Shown: positions 37,901 to 50,800 of the stretch, one piece after another
Position numbering within the stretch: position 1 is the stretch's first letter
Layout of the letters: each line of letters begins with the position of its first letter
Assembly (NCBI GenBank): GCA_964016885.1
Contig: OZ024758.1
Location: 39,060,001-39,124,000, forward strand
DNA length: 64,000 nt
Direction: 5' to 3'
Origin: Eledone cirrhosa
Taxonomy: Eukaryota
Program-made: the position numbers and the translations under genes
The notes under the pieces: model-generated
The model's database searches: none
Seen by the model: only the letters and a program-made list of their open reading frames with translations
What the model was told of the DNA's origin: nothing

Positions 37901-40900
37901 TAGCTGTCAGAAGTAACTCCACTGTTGGTGAGAATTCATTTAAGTTCATGGTATTAGCTGTCAGAAGGAACGCCACTGTTGGTCAGAATTCATTTAAATT
38001 CATGGTATTAGCTGTCAGAAGTAACTCCACTGTTGGTGAGAATTCATTTAAGTTCATGGTACTAGCTGTCAGAAGTAACTCCAATGTTGGTGAGAATTCA
38101 TTTAAGTTCATGGTATTAGCTGTCAGAAGGAATTCCACTGTTGCTGAGAATTCATTTAAGTTCATGGTATTAGCTGTCAGAAGTAACTCCACTGTTGGTG
38201 AGAATTCATTTAAGTTCATGGTACTAGCTGTCAGAAGTAACTCCACTGTTGGTGAGAATTCATTTAAGTTCATGGTACTAGCTGTCAGAAGTAACCCCAA
38301 TGTTGGTGAGAATTCATTTAAGTTCATGGTATTAGCTGTCAGAAGTCACTCCAATGTTGGTGAGAATACATTTAAGTTCATGGTACTAGCTGTCAGAAGT
38401 AACCCCTATGTTGGTGAGAATTCATTTAAGTTCATGGTATTAGCTGTCAGAAGTCACTCCAATGTTGGTGAGAATTCATTTAAGTTCATGGTATTAGCTG
38501 TCATAAGTAACTCCACTGTTGGTAAGAATTCATTTAAGTTCATGGTATTAGCTGTCAGATGTAACTCCACTGTTGGTGAGAATTCATTTAAGTTCATGGT
38601 ATTAGCTGTCAGAAGTAACTCCACTGTTGGTGAGAATTCATTTAAGTTCATGGTACTAGCTGTCAGAAGTAACTCCACTGTTGGTGAGAATTCATTTAAG
38701 TTCATGGTATTAGCTGTCAGAAGACACTCCAATGTTGGTGAGAATTCATTTAAGTTCATGGTATTAGCTGTCAGAAGTCACTCCACTGTTGGTGAGAATT
38801 CATTTAAGTTCATGGTACTAGCTGTCAGAAGTAACCCCAATGTTGGTGAGAATTCATTTAAGTTCATGGTATTAGCTGTCAGAAGTCACTCCAATGTTGG
38901 TGAGAATTCATTTATGTTCATGGTACTAGCTGTCAGAAGTAACTCCAATGTTGGTGAGAATTCATTTAAGTTCATGGTATTAGCTGTCAGAAGGAATTCC
39001 ACTGTTGCTGAGAATTCATTTAAGTTCATGGTATTAGCTGTCAGAAGTAACTCCACTGTTGGTGAGAATTCATTTAAGTTCATGGTACTAGCTGTCAGAA
39101 GTCACTCCAATGTTGGTGAGAATTCATTTAAGTCATGGTACTAGCTGTCAGAAGTAACTCCACTGTTGGTGAGAATTCATTTAAGTTCATTGTATTAGCT
39201 GTCAGAAGGAACGCCACTGTTGGTGAGAATTCATTTAAGTTCATGGTATTAGCTGTCAGAAGTAACTCCACTGTTGGTGAGAATTCATTTAAGTTCATGG
39301 TACTAGCTGTCAGAAGTAACTCCAATGTTGGTGAGAATTCATTTAAGTTCATGGTATTAGCTGTCAGAAGGAACTCCACTGTTGCTGAGAATTCATTTAA
39401 GTTCATGGTATTAGCTGTCAGAAGTAACTCCACTGTTGGTGAGAATTCATTTAAGTTCATGGTACTAGCTGTCAGAAGTCACTCCACTGTTGGTGCGAAT
39501 ACATTTAAGTTCATGGTACTAGCTGTCAGAAGTAACCCCAATGTTGGTGAGAATTCATTTAAGTTCATGGTATTAGCTGTCAGAAGTCACTCCAATGTTC
39601 GTGAGAATTCATTTAAGTTCATGGTATTAGCTGTCAGAAGTAACTCCACTGTTGGTAAGAATTCATTTAAGTTCATGGTATTAGCTGTCAGAAGTCACTC
39701 CACTGGTGGTGAGAATTCATTTAAGTTCATGGTATTAGCTGTCAGAAGTCACTCCAATGTTGGTGAGAATTCATTTAAGTTCATGGTATTAGCTGTCAGA
39801 AGTAACTCCACTGTTGGTGAGAATTCATTTAAGTTCATGGTATTAGCTGTCAGAAGTAACTCCACTGTTGGTGAGAATTCATTTAAGTTCATGGTATTAG
39901 CTGTCAGAAGTAACTCCACTGTTGGTGAGAATTCATTTAAGTCATGCTATTAGCTGTCAGAAGTAACTCCAATGTTGGTGAGAATTCATTTAAGTTCATG
40001 GTATTAGCTGTCAGAAGTCACTCCACTGTTGGTGAGAATTCATTTAAGTTCATGGTACTAGCTGTCAGAAGTAACCCCAATGTTGGTGAGAATTCATTTA
40101 AGTTCATGGTATTAGCTGTCAGAAGTCACTCCAATGTTGGTGAGAATTCATTTAAGTTCATGGTATTAGCTGTCAGAAGTAACTCCACTGTTGGTGAGAA
40201 TTCATTTAAGTTCATGGTATTAGCTGTCAGAAGTAACTCCACTGTTGGTGAGAATTCATTTAAGTTCATGGTATTAGCTGTCAGAAGTAACTCCACTGTT
40301 GGTGAGAATTCATTTAAGTTCATGGTATTAGCTGTCAGAAGTAACTCCACTGTTGGTGAGAATTCATTTAAGTTCATGGTATTAGCTGTCAGAAGGAACG
40401 CCACTGTTGGTGAGAATTCATTTAAATTCATGGTATTAGCTGTCAGAAGTAACTCCACTGTTGGTGAGAATTCATTTAAGTTCATGGTACTAGCTGTCAG
40501 AAGTAACTCCAATGTTGGTGAGAATTCATTTAAGTTCATGGTATTAGCTGTCAGAAGGAATTCCACTGTTGCTGAGAATTCATTTAAGTTCATGGTATTA
40601 GCTGTCAGAAGTAACTCCACTGTTGGTGAGAATTCATTTAAGTTCATGGTACTAGCTGTCAGAAGTAACTCCACTGTTGGTGAGAATTCATTTAAGTTCA
40701 TGGTACTAACTGTCAGAAGTAACCCCAATGTTGGTGAGAATTCATTTAAGTTCATGGTATTAGCTGTCAGAAGTCACTCCAATGTTGGTGAGAATACATT
40801 TAAGTTCATGGTACTAGCTGTCAGAAGTAACCCCAATGTTGGTGAGAATTCATTTAAGTTCATGGTATTAGCTGTCAGAAGTCACTCCAATGTTGGTGAG

Positions 40901-43197
40901 AATTCATTTAAGTTCATGGTATTAGCTGTCAGAAGTAACTCCACTGTTGGTAAGAATTCATTTAAGTTCATGGTATTAGCTGTCAGAAGTAACTCCACTG
41001 TTGGTGAGAATTCATTTAAGTTCATGGTATTAGCTGTCAGAAGTAACTCCACTGTTGGTGAGAATTCATTTAAGTTCATGGTACTAGCTGTCAGAAGTAA
41101 CTCCACTGTTTGTGAGAATTCATTTAAGTTCATGGTATTAGCTGTCAGAAGTCACTCCAATGTTGGTGAGAATTCATTTAAGTTCATGGTATTAGCTGTC
41201 AGAAGTCACTCCACTGTTGGTGAGAATTCATTTAAGTTCATGGTACTAGCTGTCAGAAGTAACCCCAATGTTGGTGAGAATTCATTTAAGTTCATGGTAT
41301 TAGCTGTCAGAAGTCACTCCAATGTTGGTGAGAATTCATTTAAGTTCATGGTATTAGCTGTCAGAAGTAACTGCACTGTTGGTGAGAATTCATTTAAGTT
41401 CATGGTATTAGCTGTCCGAAGTAACTCCACTGTTGGTGAGAATTCATTTAAGTTCATGGTATTAGCTGTCAGAAGTAACTCCACTGTTGGTGAGAATTCA
41501 TTTAAGTTCATGGTATTAGCTGTCAGAAGTAACTCCACAGTTGGTGAGAATTCATTTAAGTTCATGGTACTAGCTGTCAGAAGTAACTCCACTGTTGGTG
41601 AGAATTCATTTAAGTTCATGGTATTAGCTGTCAGAAGTCACTCCAATGTTGGTGAGAATTCATTTAAGTTCATGGTATTAGCTGTCAGAAGTCACTCCAC
41701 TGTTGGTGAGAATTCATTTAAGTTCATGGTACTAGCTGTCAGAAGTAACCCCAATGTTGGTGAGAATTCATTTAAGTTCATGGTATTAGCTGTCAGAAGT
41801 CACTCCAATGTTGGTGAGAATTCATTTAAGTTCATGGTATTAGCTGTCAGAAGTAACTCCACTGTTGGTGAGAATTCATTTAAGTTCATGGTATTAGCTG
41901 TCAGAAGTAACTCCACTGTTGGTGAGAATTCATTTAAGTTCATGGTATTAGCTGTCAGAAGTAACTCCACTGTTGGTGAGAATTCATTTAAGTTCATGGT
42001 ATTAGCTGTCAGAAGTAACTCCACTGTTGGTGAGAATTCATTTAAGTTCATGGTATTAGCTGTCAGAAGGAACGCCACTGTTGGTCAGAATTCATTTAAA
42101 TTCATGGTATTAGCTGTCAGAAGTAACTCCACTGTTGGTGAGAATTCATTTAAGTTCATGGTACTAGCTGTCAGAAGTAACTCCAATGTTGGTGAGAATT
42201 CATTTAAGTTCATGGTATTAGCTGTCAGAAGGAATTCCACTGTTGCTGAGAATTCATTTAAGTTCATGGTATTAGCTGTCAGAAGTAACTCCACTGTTGG
42301 TGAGAATTCATTTAAGTTCATGGTACTAGCTGTCAGAAGTAACTCCACTGTTGGTGAGAATTCATTTAAGTTCATGGTACTAGCTGTCAGAAGTAACCCC
42401 AATGTTGGTGAGAATTCATTTAAGTTCATGGTATTAGCTGTCAGAAGTCACTCCAATGTTGGTGAGAATACATTTAAGTTCATGGTACTAGCTGTCAGAA
42501 GTAACCCCTATGTTGGTGAGAATTCATTTAAGTTCATGGTATTAGCTGTCAGAAGTCACTCCAATGTTGGTGAGAATTCATTTAAGTTCATGGTATTAGC
42601 TGTCATAAGTAACTCCACTGTTGGTAAGAATTCATTTAAGTTCATGGTATTAGCTGTCAGATGTAACTCCACTGTTGGTGAGAATTCATTTAAGTTCATG
42701 GTATTAGCTGTCAGAAGTAACTCCACTGTTGGTGAGAATTCATTTAAGTTCATGGTACTAGCTGTCAGAAGTAACTCCACTGTTGGTGAGAATTCATTTA
42801 AGTTCATGGTATTAGCTGTCAGAAGACACTCCAATGTTGGTGAGAATTCATTTAAGTTCATGGTATTAGCTGTCAGAAGTCACTCCACTGTTGGTGAGAA
42901 TTCATTTAAGTTCATGGTACTAGCTGTCAGAAGTAACCCCAATGTTGGTGAGAATTCATTTAAGTTCATGGTATTAGCTGTCAGAAGTCACTCCAATGTT
43001 GGTGAGAATTCATTTATGTTCATGGTACTAGCTGTCAGAAGTAACTCCAATGTTGGTGAGAATTCATTTAAGTTCATGGTATTAGCTGTCAGAAGGAATT
43101 CCACTGTTGCTGAGAATTCATTTAAGTTCATGGTATTAGCTGTCAGAAGTAACTCCACTGTTGGTGAGAATTCATTTAAGTTCATGGTACTAGCTGT
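34990..43197. repeat. Apparently perfect 4,102-bp (76-monomer) tandem duplication, junction ~39089-39102
   Basis: About 15 private variants recur at exactly +4,102: GGTGCG ~35390/39492, GTTCGT ~35495/39597, ATGCTA 35842/39944, CTAACT 36604/40706, GTTTGT 37006/41108, AACTGC 37267/41369, GTCCGA 37312/41414, GGTCAG 37981/42083, CCCTAT 38404/42506, GTCATA 38500/42602, TTTATG 38911/43013. Confidence 0.95.
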
Positions 43198-44690
43198 CAG
43201 AAGTAACTCCACTGTTGGTGAGAATTCATTTAAGTTCATGGTACTAGCTGTCAGAAGTAACCCCAATGTTGGTGAGAATTCATTTAAGTTCATGGTATTA
43301 GCTGTCAGAAGTCACTCCAATGTTGGTGAGAATACATTTAAGTTCATGGTACTAGCTGTCAGAAGTAACCCCAATGTTGGTGAGAATTCATTTAAGTTCA
43401 TGGTATTAGCTGTCAGAAGTCACTCCAATGTTGGTGAGAATTCATTTAAGTTCATGGTATTAGCTGTCAGAAGTAACTCCACTGTTGGTAAGAATTCATT
43501 TAAGTTCATGGTATTAGCTGTCAGAAGTAACTCCACTGTTGGTGAGAATTCATTTAAGTTCATGGTATTAGCTGTCAGAAGTAACTCCACTGTTGGTGAG
43601 AATTCATTTAAGTTCATGGTACTAGCTGTCAGAAGTAACTCCACTGTTGGTGAGAATTCATTTAAGTTCATGGTATTAGCTGTCAGAAGTCACTCCAATG
43701 TTGGTGAGAATTCATTTAAGTTCATGGTATTAGCTGTCAGAAGTCACTCCACTGTTGGTGAGAATTCATTTAAGTTCATGGTACTAGCTGTCAGAAGTAA
43801 CCCCAATGTTGGTGAGAATTCATTTAAGTTCATGGTATTAGCTGTCAGAAGTCACTCCAATGTTGGTGAGAATTCATTTAAGTTCATGGTACTAGCTGTC
43901 AGAAGTCACTCCACTGTTGGTGAGAATTCATTTAAGTTCATGGTACTAGCTGTCAGAAGTCACTCCAATGTTGGTGAGAATTCATTTAAGTTCATGGTAC
44001 TAGCTGTCAGAAGTAACTCCAATGTTGGTGAGAATTCATTTAAGTTCATGGTATTAGCTGTCAGAAGGAATTCCACTGTTGCTGAGAATTCATTTAAGTT
44101 CATGGTATTAGCTGTCAGAAGTAACTCCACTGTTGGTGAGAATTCATTTAAGTTCATGGTACTAGCTGTCAGAAGTAACTCCACTGTTGGTGAGAATTCA
44201 TTTAAGTTCATGGTACTAGCTGTCAGAAGTAACCCCAATGTTGGTGAGAATTCATTTAAGTTCATGGTATTAGCTGTCAGAAGTCACTCCAATGTTGGTG
44301 AGAATACATTTAAGTTCATGGTACTAGCTGTCAGAAGTAACCCCAATGTTGGTGAGAATTCATTTAAGTTCATGGTATTAGCTGTCAGAAGTCACTCCAA
44401 TGTTGGTGAGAATTCATTTAAGTTCATGGTATTAGCTGTCAGAAGTAACTCCACTGTTGGTAAGAATTCATTTAAGTTCATGGTATTAGCTGTCAGAAGT
44501 AACTCCACTGTTGGTGAGAATTCATTTAAGTTCATGGTATTAGCTGTCAGAAGTAACTCCACTGTTGGTGAGAATTCATTTAAGTTCATGGTACTAGCTG
44601 TCAGAAGTAACTCCACTGTTGGTGAGAATTCATTTAAGTTCATGGTATTAGCTGTCAGAAGTCACTCCAATGTTGGTGAGAATTCATTTA
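43020..44690. repeat. Local 972-bp (18-monomer) period duplication
   Basis: Variant order repeats at +972: minus-strand ORF ends 42988/43960 and 43420/44392, AGGAATTCC ~43094/44066, AATACA 43331/44303, GGTAAG ~43487/44459. Confidence 0.8.
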
Positions 44691-44839
44691 AGTTCATGCT
44701 ATTAGCTGTCAGAAGTAACTCCACTGTTGGTGAGAATTCATTTAAGTTCATGGTATTAGCTGTCAGAAGTAACTCCACTGTTGGTGAGAATTCATTTAAG
44801 TTCATGGTACTAGCTGTCAGAAGTAACTCCACTGTTGGT

Positions 44840-47800
44840 GAGAATTCATTTAAGTTCATGGTATTAGCTGTCAGAAGTCACTCCAATGTTGGTGAGAATT
44901 CATTTAAGTTCATGGTATTAGCTGTCAGAAGTCACTCCACTGTTGGTGAGAATTCATTTAAGTTCATGGTACTAGCTGTCAGAAGTAACCCCAATGTTGG
45001 TGAGAATTCATTTAAGTTCATGGTATTAGCTGTCAGAAGTCACTCCAATGTTGGTGAGAATTCATTTAAGTTCATGGTACTAGCTGTCAGAAGTCACTCC
45101 ACTGTTGGTGAGAATTCATTTAAGTTCATGGTACTAGCTGTCAGAAGTAACCCCAATGTTGGTGAGAATTCATTTAAGTTCATGGTATTAGCTGTCAGAA
45201 GTAACTCCACTGTTGGTGAGAATTCATTTAAGTTCATGGTATTAGCTGTCAGAAGTAACTCCACTGTTGGTGAGAATTCATTTAAGTTCATGGTATTAGC
45301 TGTCAGAAGTAACTCCACTGTTGGTGAGAATTCATTTAAGTCATGGTATTAGCTGTCAGAAGTAACTCCAATGTTGGTGAGAATTCATTTAAGTTCATGG
45401 TATTAGCTGTCAGAAGTCACTCCAATGTTGGTGAGAATTCATTTAAGTTCATGGTATTAGCTGTCAGAAGTAACTCCACTGTTGGTGAGAATTCATTTAA
45501 GTTCATGGTATTAGCTGTCAGAAGTAACTCCACTGTTGGTGAGAATTCATTTAAGTTCATGGTATTAGCTGTCAGAAGTAACTCCACTGTTGGTGAGAAT
45601 TCATTTAAGTTCATGTTATTAGCTGTCAGAAGTAACTCCACTGTTGGTGAGAATTCATTTAAGTTCATGGTATTAGCTGTCAGAAGGAACGCCACTGTTG
45701 GTGAGAATTCATTTAAATTCATGGTATTAGCTGTCAGAAGTAACTCCACTGTTGGTGAGAATTCATTTAAGTTCATGGTACTAGCTGTCAGAAGTAACTC
45801 CAATGTTGGTGAGAATTCATTTAAGTTCATGGTATTAGCTGTCAGAAGGAATTCCACTGTTGCTGAGAATTCATTTAAGTTCATGGTATTAGCTGTCAGA
45901 AGTAACTCCACTGTTGGTGAGAATTCATTTAAGTTCATGGTACTAGCTGTCAGAAGTAACCCCACTGTTGGTGAGAATTCATTTAAGTTCATGGTACTAG
46001 CTGTCAGAAGTAACCTCAATGTTGGTGAGAATTCATTTAAGTTCATGGTATTAGCTGTCAGAAGTCACTCCAATGTTGGTGAGAATACATTTAAGTTCAT
46101 GGTACTAGCTGTCAGAAGTAACCCCAATGTTGGTGAGAATTCATTTAAGTTCATGGTATTAGCTGTCAGAAGTCACTCGAATGTTGGTGAGAATTCATTT
46201 AAGTTCATGGTATTAGCTGTCAGAAGTAACTCCACTGTTGGTGAGAATTCATTTAAGTTCATGGTATTAGTTTGTCAGAAGTAACTCCACTGTTGGTGAG
46301 AATTCATTTAAGTCATGGTATTAGTTGTCAGAAGTAACTCCAATGTTGGTGAGAATTCATTTAAGTTCATGGTATTAGCTGTCAGAAGGAACTCCACTGT
46401 TGATGAGAATTCATTTAAGTTCATGGTATTAGCTGTCAGAAGGAACTCCAATGTTGGTGAGAATTCATTTAAGTCATGGTACTAGCTGTCAGATGTAACT
46501 CCACTGTTGGTGAGAATTCATTTAAGTTCATGGTATTAGCTGTCAGAAGGAACGCCACTGTTGGTGAGAATTCATTTAAATTCATGGTATTAGCTGTCAG
46601 AAGTAACTCCACTGTTGGTGAGAATTCATTTAAGTTCATGGTACTAGCTGTCAGAAGTAACTCCAATGTTGGTGAGAATTCATTTAAGTTCATGGTATTA
46701 GCTGTCAGAAGTAACTCCACTGTTGGTGAGAATTCATTTAAGTTCATGGTATTAGCTGTCAGAAGTCACTCCAATGTTGGTGAGAATTCATTTATGTCAT
46801 GGTACTAGCTGTCAGAAGTAACTCCACTGTTGGTGAGAATTCATTTAAGTTCATTGTATTAGCTGTCAGAAGGAACGCCACTGTTGGTGAGAATTCATTT
46901 AAGTTCATGGTATTAGCTGTCAGAAGTAACTCCACTGTTGGTGAGAATTCATTTAAGTTCATGGTACTAGCTGTCAGAAGTAACTCCAATGTTGGTGAGA
47001 ATTCATTTAAGTTCATGGTATTAGCTGTCAGAAGGAACTCCACTGTTGCTGAGAATTCATTTAAGTTCATGGTATTAGCTGTCAGAAGTAACTCCACTGT
47101 TGGTGAGAATTCATTTAAGTTCATGGTACTAGCTGTCAGAAGTCACTCCACTGTTGGTGAGAATACATTTAAGTTCATGGTACTAGCTGTCAGAAGTAAC
47201 CCCAATGTTGGTGAGAATTCATTTAAGTTCATGGTATTAGCTGTCAGAAGTCACTCCAATGTTGATGAGAATTCATTTAAGTTCATGGTATTAGCTGTCA
47301 GAAGTAACTCCACTGTTGGTAAGAATTCATTTAAGTTCATGGTATTAGCTGTCAGAAGTAACTCCACTGTTGGTGAGAATTCATTTAAGTTCATGGTATT
47401 AGCTGTCAGAAGGAACGCCACTGTTGGTGAGAATTCATTTAAGTTCATGGTATTAGCTGTCAGAAGTAACTCCACTGTTGGTGAGAATTCATTTAAGTTC
47501 ATGGTACTAGCTGTCAGAAGTAACTCCACTGTTGGTGAGAATTCATTTAAGTTCATGGTATTAGCTGTCAGAAGTCACTCCAATGTTGGTGAGAATTCAT
47601 TTAAGTTCATGGTATTAGCTGTCAGAAGTCACTCCACTGTTGGTGAGAATTCATTTAAGTTCATGGTACTAGCTGTCAGAAGTAACCCCAATGTTGGTGA
47701 GAATTCATTTAAGTTCATGGTATTAGCTGTCAGAAGTCACTCCAATGTTGGTGAGAATTCATTTAAGTTCATGGTATTAGCTGTCAGAAGTAACTCCACT

Positions 47801-50800
47801 GTTGGTGAGAATTCATTTAAGTTCATGGTATTAGCTGTCAGAAGTAACTCCACTGTTGGTGAGAATTCATTTAAGTCATGGTATTAGCTGTCAGAAGTAA
47901 CTCCAATGTTGGTGAGAATTCATTTAAGTTCATGGTATTAGCTGTCAGAAGTCACTCCACTGTTGGTGAGAATTCATTTAAGTTCATGGTACTAGCTGTC
48001 AGAAGTAACCCCAATGTTGGTGAGAATTCATTTAAGTTCATGGTATTAGCTGTCAGAAGTCACTCCAATGTTGGTGAGAATTAATTTAAGTTCATGGTAT
48101 TAGCTGTCAGAAGTAACTCCACTGTTGGTGAGAATTCATTTAAGTTCATGGTATTAGCTGTCAGAAGTAACTCCACTGTTGGTGAGAATTCATTTAAGTT
48201 CATGGTATTAGCTGTCAGAAGTAACTCCACTGTTGGTGAGAATTCATTTAAGTTCATGGTATTAGCTGTCAGAAGTAACTCCACTGTTGGTGAGAATTCA
48301 TTTAAGTTCATGGTATTAGCTGTCAGAAGGAACGCCACTGTTGGTGAGAATTCATTTAAATTCATGGTATTAGCTGTCAGAGGTAACTCCACTGTTGGTG
48401 AGAATTCATTTAAGTTCATGGTACTAGCTGTGAGAAGTAACTCCAATGTTGGTGAGAATTCATTTAAGTTCATGGTATTAGCTGTCAGAAGGAATTCCAC
48501 TGTTGCTGAGAATTCATTTAAGTTCATGGTATTAGCTGTCAGAAGTAACTCCACTGTTGGTGAGAATTCATTTAAGTCATGGTATTAGCTGTCAGAAGTA
48601 ACTCCAATGTTGGTGAGAATTCATTTAAGTTCATGGTATTAGCTGTCAGAAGTCACTCCACTGTTGGTGAGAATTCATTTAAGTTCATGGTACTAGCTGT
48701 CAGAAGTAACCCCAATGTTGGTGAGAATTCATTTAAGTTCATGGTATTAGCTGTCAGAAGTCACTCCAATGTTGGTGAGAATTAATTTAAGTTCATGGTA
48801 TTAGCTGTCAGAAGTAACTCCACTGTTGGTGAGAATTCATTTAAGTTCATGGTATTAGCTGTCAGAAGTAACTCCACTGTTGGTGAGAATTCATTTAAGT
48901 TCATGGTATTAGCTGTCAGAAGTAACTCCACTGTTGGTGAGAATTCATTTAAGTTCATGGTATTAGCTGTCAGAAGTAACTCCACTGTTGGTGAGAATTC
49001 ATTTAAGTTCATGGTATTAGCTGTCAGAAGGAACGCCACTGTTGGTGAGAATTCATTTAAATTCATGGTATTAGCTGTCAGAGGTAACTCCACTGTTGGT
49101 GAGAATTCATTTAAGTTCATGGTACTAGCTGTGAGAAGTAACTCCAATGTTGGTGAGAATTCATTTAAGTTCATGGTATTAGCTGTCAGAAGGAATTCCA
49201 CTGTTGCTGAGAATTCATTTAAGTTCATGGTATTAGCTGTCAGAAGTAACTCCACTGTTGGTGAGAATTCATTTAAGTTCATGGTACTAGCTGTCAGAAG
49301 TAACTCCACTGTTGGTGAGAATTCATTTAAGTTCATGGTATTAGCTGTCAGAAGTAACTCCACTGTTGGTGAGAATTCATTTAAGTTCATGGTACTAGCT
49401 GTCAGAAGTAACCCCAATGTTGGTGAGAATTCATTTAAGTTCATGGTATTAGCTGTCAGAAGTCACTCCAATGTTGGTGAGAATTCATTTAAGTTCATGG
49501 TATTAGCTGTCAGAAGTCACTCCACTGTTGGTGAGAATTCATTTAAGTTCATGGTACTAGCTGTCAGAAGTAACCCCAATGTTGGTGAGAATTCATTTAA
49601 GTTCATGGTATTAGCTGTCAGAAGTCACTCCAATGTTGGTGAGAATTCATTTAAGTTCATGGTACTAGCTGTCAGAAGTCACTCCACTGTTGGTGAGAAT
49701 TCATTTAAGTTCATGGTACTAGCTGTCAGAAGTAACCCCAATGTTGGTGAGAATTCATTTAAGTTCATGGTATTAGCTGTCAGAAGTAACTCCACTGTTG
49801 GTGAGAATTCATTTAAGTTCATGGTATTAGCTGTCAGAAGTAACTCCACTGTTGGTGAGAATTCATTTAAGTTCATGGTATTAGCTGTCAGAAGTAACTC
49901 CACTGTTGGTGAGAATTCATTTAAGTCATGGTATTAGCTGTCAGAAGTAACTCCAATGTTGGTGAGAATTCATTTAAGTTCATGGTATTAGCTGTCAGAA
50001 GTCACTCCAATGTTGGTGAGAATTCATTTAAGTTCATGGTATTAGCTGTCAGAAGTAACTCCACTGTTGGTGAGAATTCATTTAAGTTCATGGTATTAGC
50101 TGTCAGAAGTAACTCCACTGTTGGTGAGAATTCATTTAAGTTCATGGTATTAGCTGTCAGAAGTAACTCCACTGTTGGTGAGAATTCATTTAAGTTCATG
50201 TTATTAGCTGTCAGAAGTAACTCCACTGTTGGTGAGAATTCATTTAAGTTCATGGTATTAGCTGTCAGAAGGAACGCCACTGTTGGTGAGAATTCATTTA
50301 AATTCATGGTATTAGCTGTCAGAAGTAACTCCACTGTTGGTGAGAATTCATTTAAGTTCATGGTACTAGCTGTCAGAAGTAACTCCAATGTTGGTGAGAA
50401 TTCATTTAAGTTCATGGTATTAGCTGTCAGAAGTAACTCCACTGTTGGTGAGAATTCATTTAAGTTCATGGTACTAGCTGTCAGAAGTAACCCCACTGTT
50501 GGTGAGAATTCATTTAAGTTCATGGTACTAGCTGTCAGAAGTAACCTCAATGTTGGTGAGAATTCATTTAAGTTCATGGTATTAGCTGTCAGAAGTCACT
50601 CCAATGTTGGTGAGAATACATTTAAGTTCATGGTACTAGCTGTCAGAAGTAACCCCAATGTTGGTGAGAATTCATTTAAGTTCATGGTATTAGCTGTCAG
50701 AAGTCACTCGAATGTTGGTGAGAATTCATTTAAGTTCATGGTATTAGCTGTCAGAAGTAACTCCACTGTTGGTGAGAATTCATTTAAGTTCATGGTATTA

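Noticed and set aside
39944-45352. 1,802-aa ORF (and all other + strand MVLAVRSNSTVGENSFKF-repeat ORFs) as protein-coding genes
   Set aside because: They are pure translations of a 54-bp unit with no unique N- or C-terminal domain. The frame is broken about 80 times by the same 1-bp deletion and by TAA variants (4983, 48082 etc.). Rare variants are mostly amino-acid changing. At 37% GC an 18-codon unit is expected to be stop-free in roughly two of six frames by chance.
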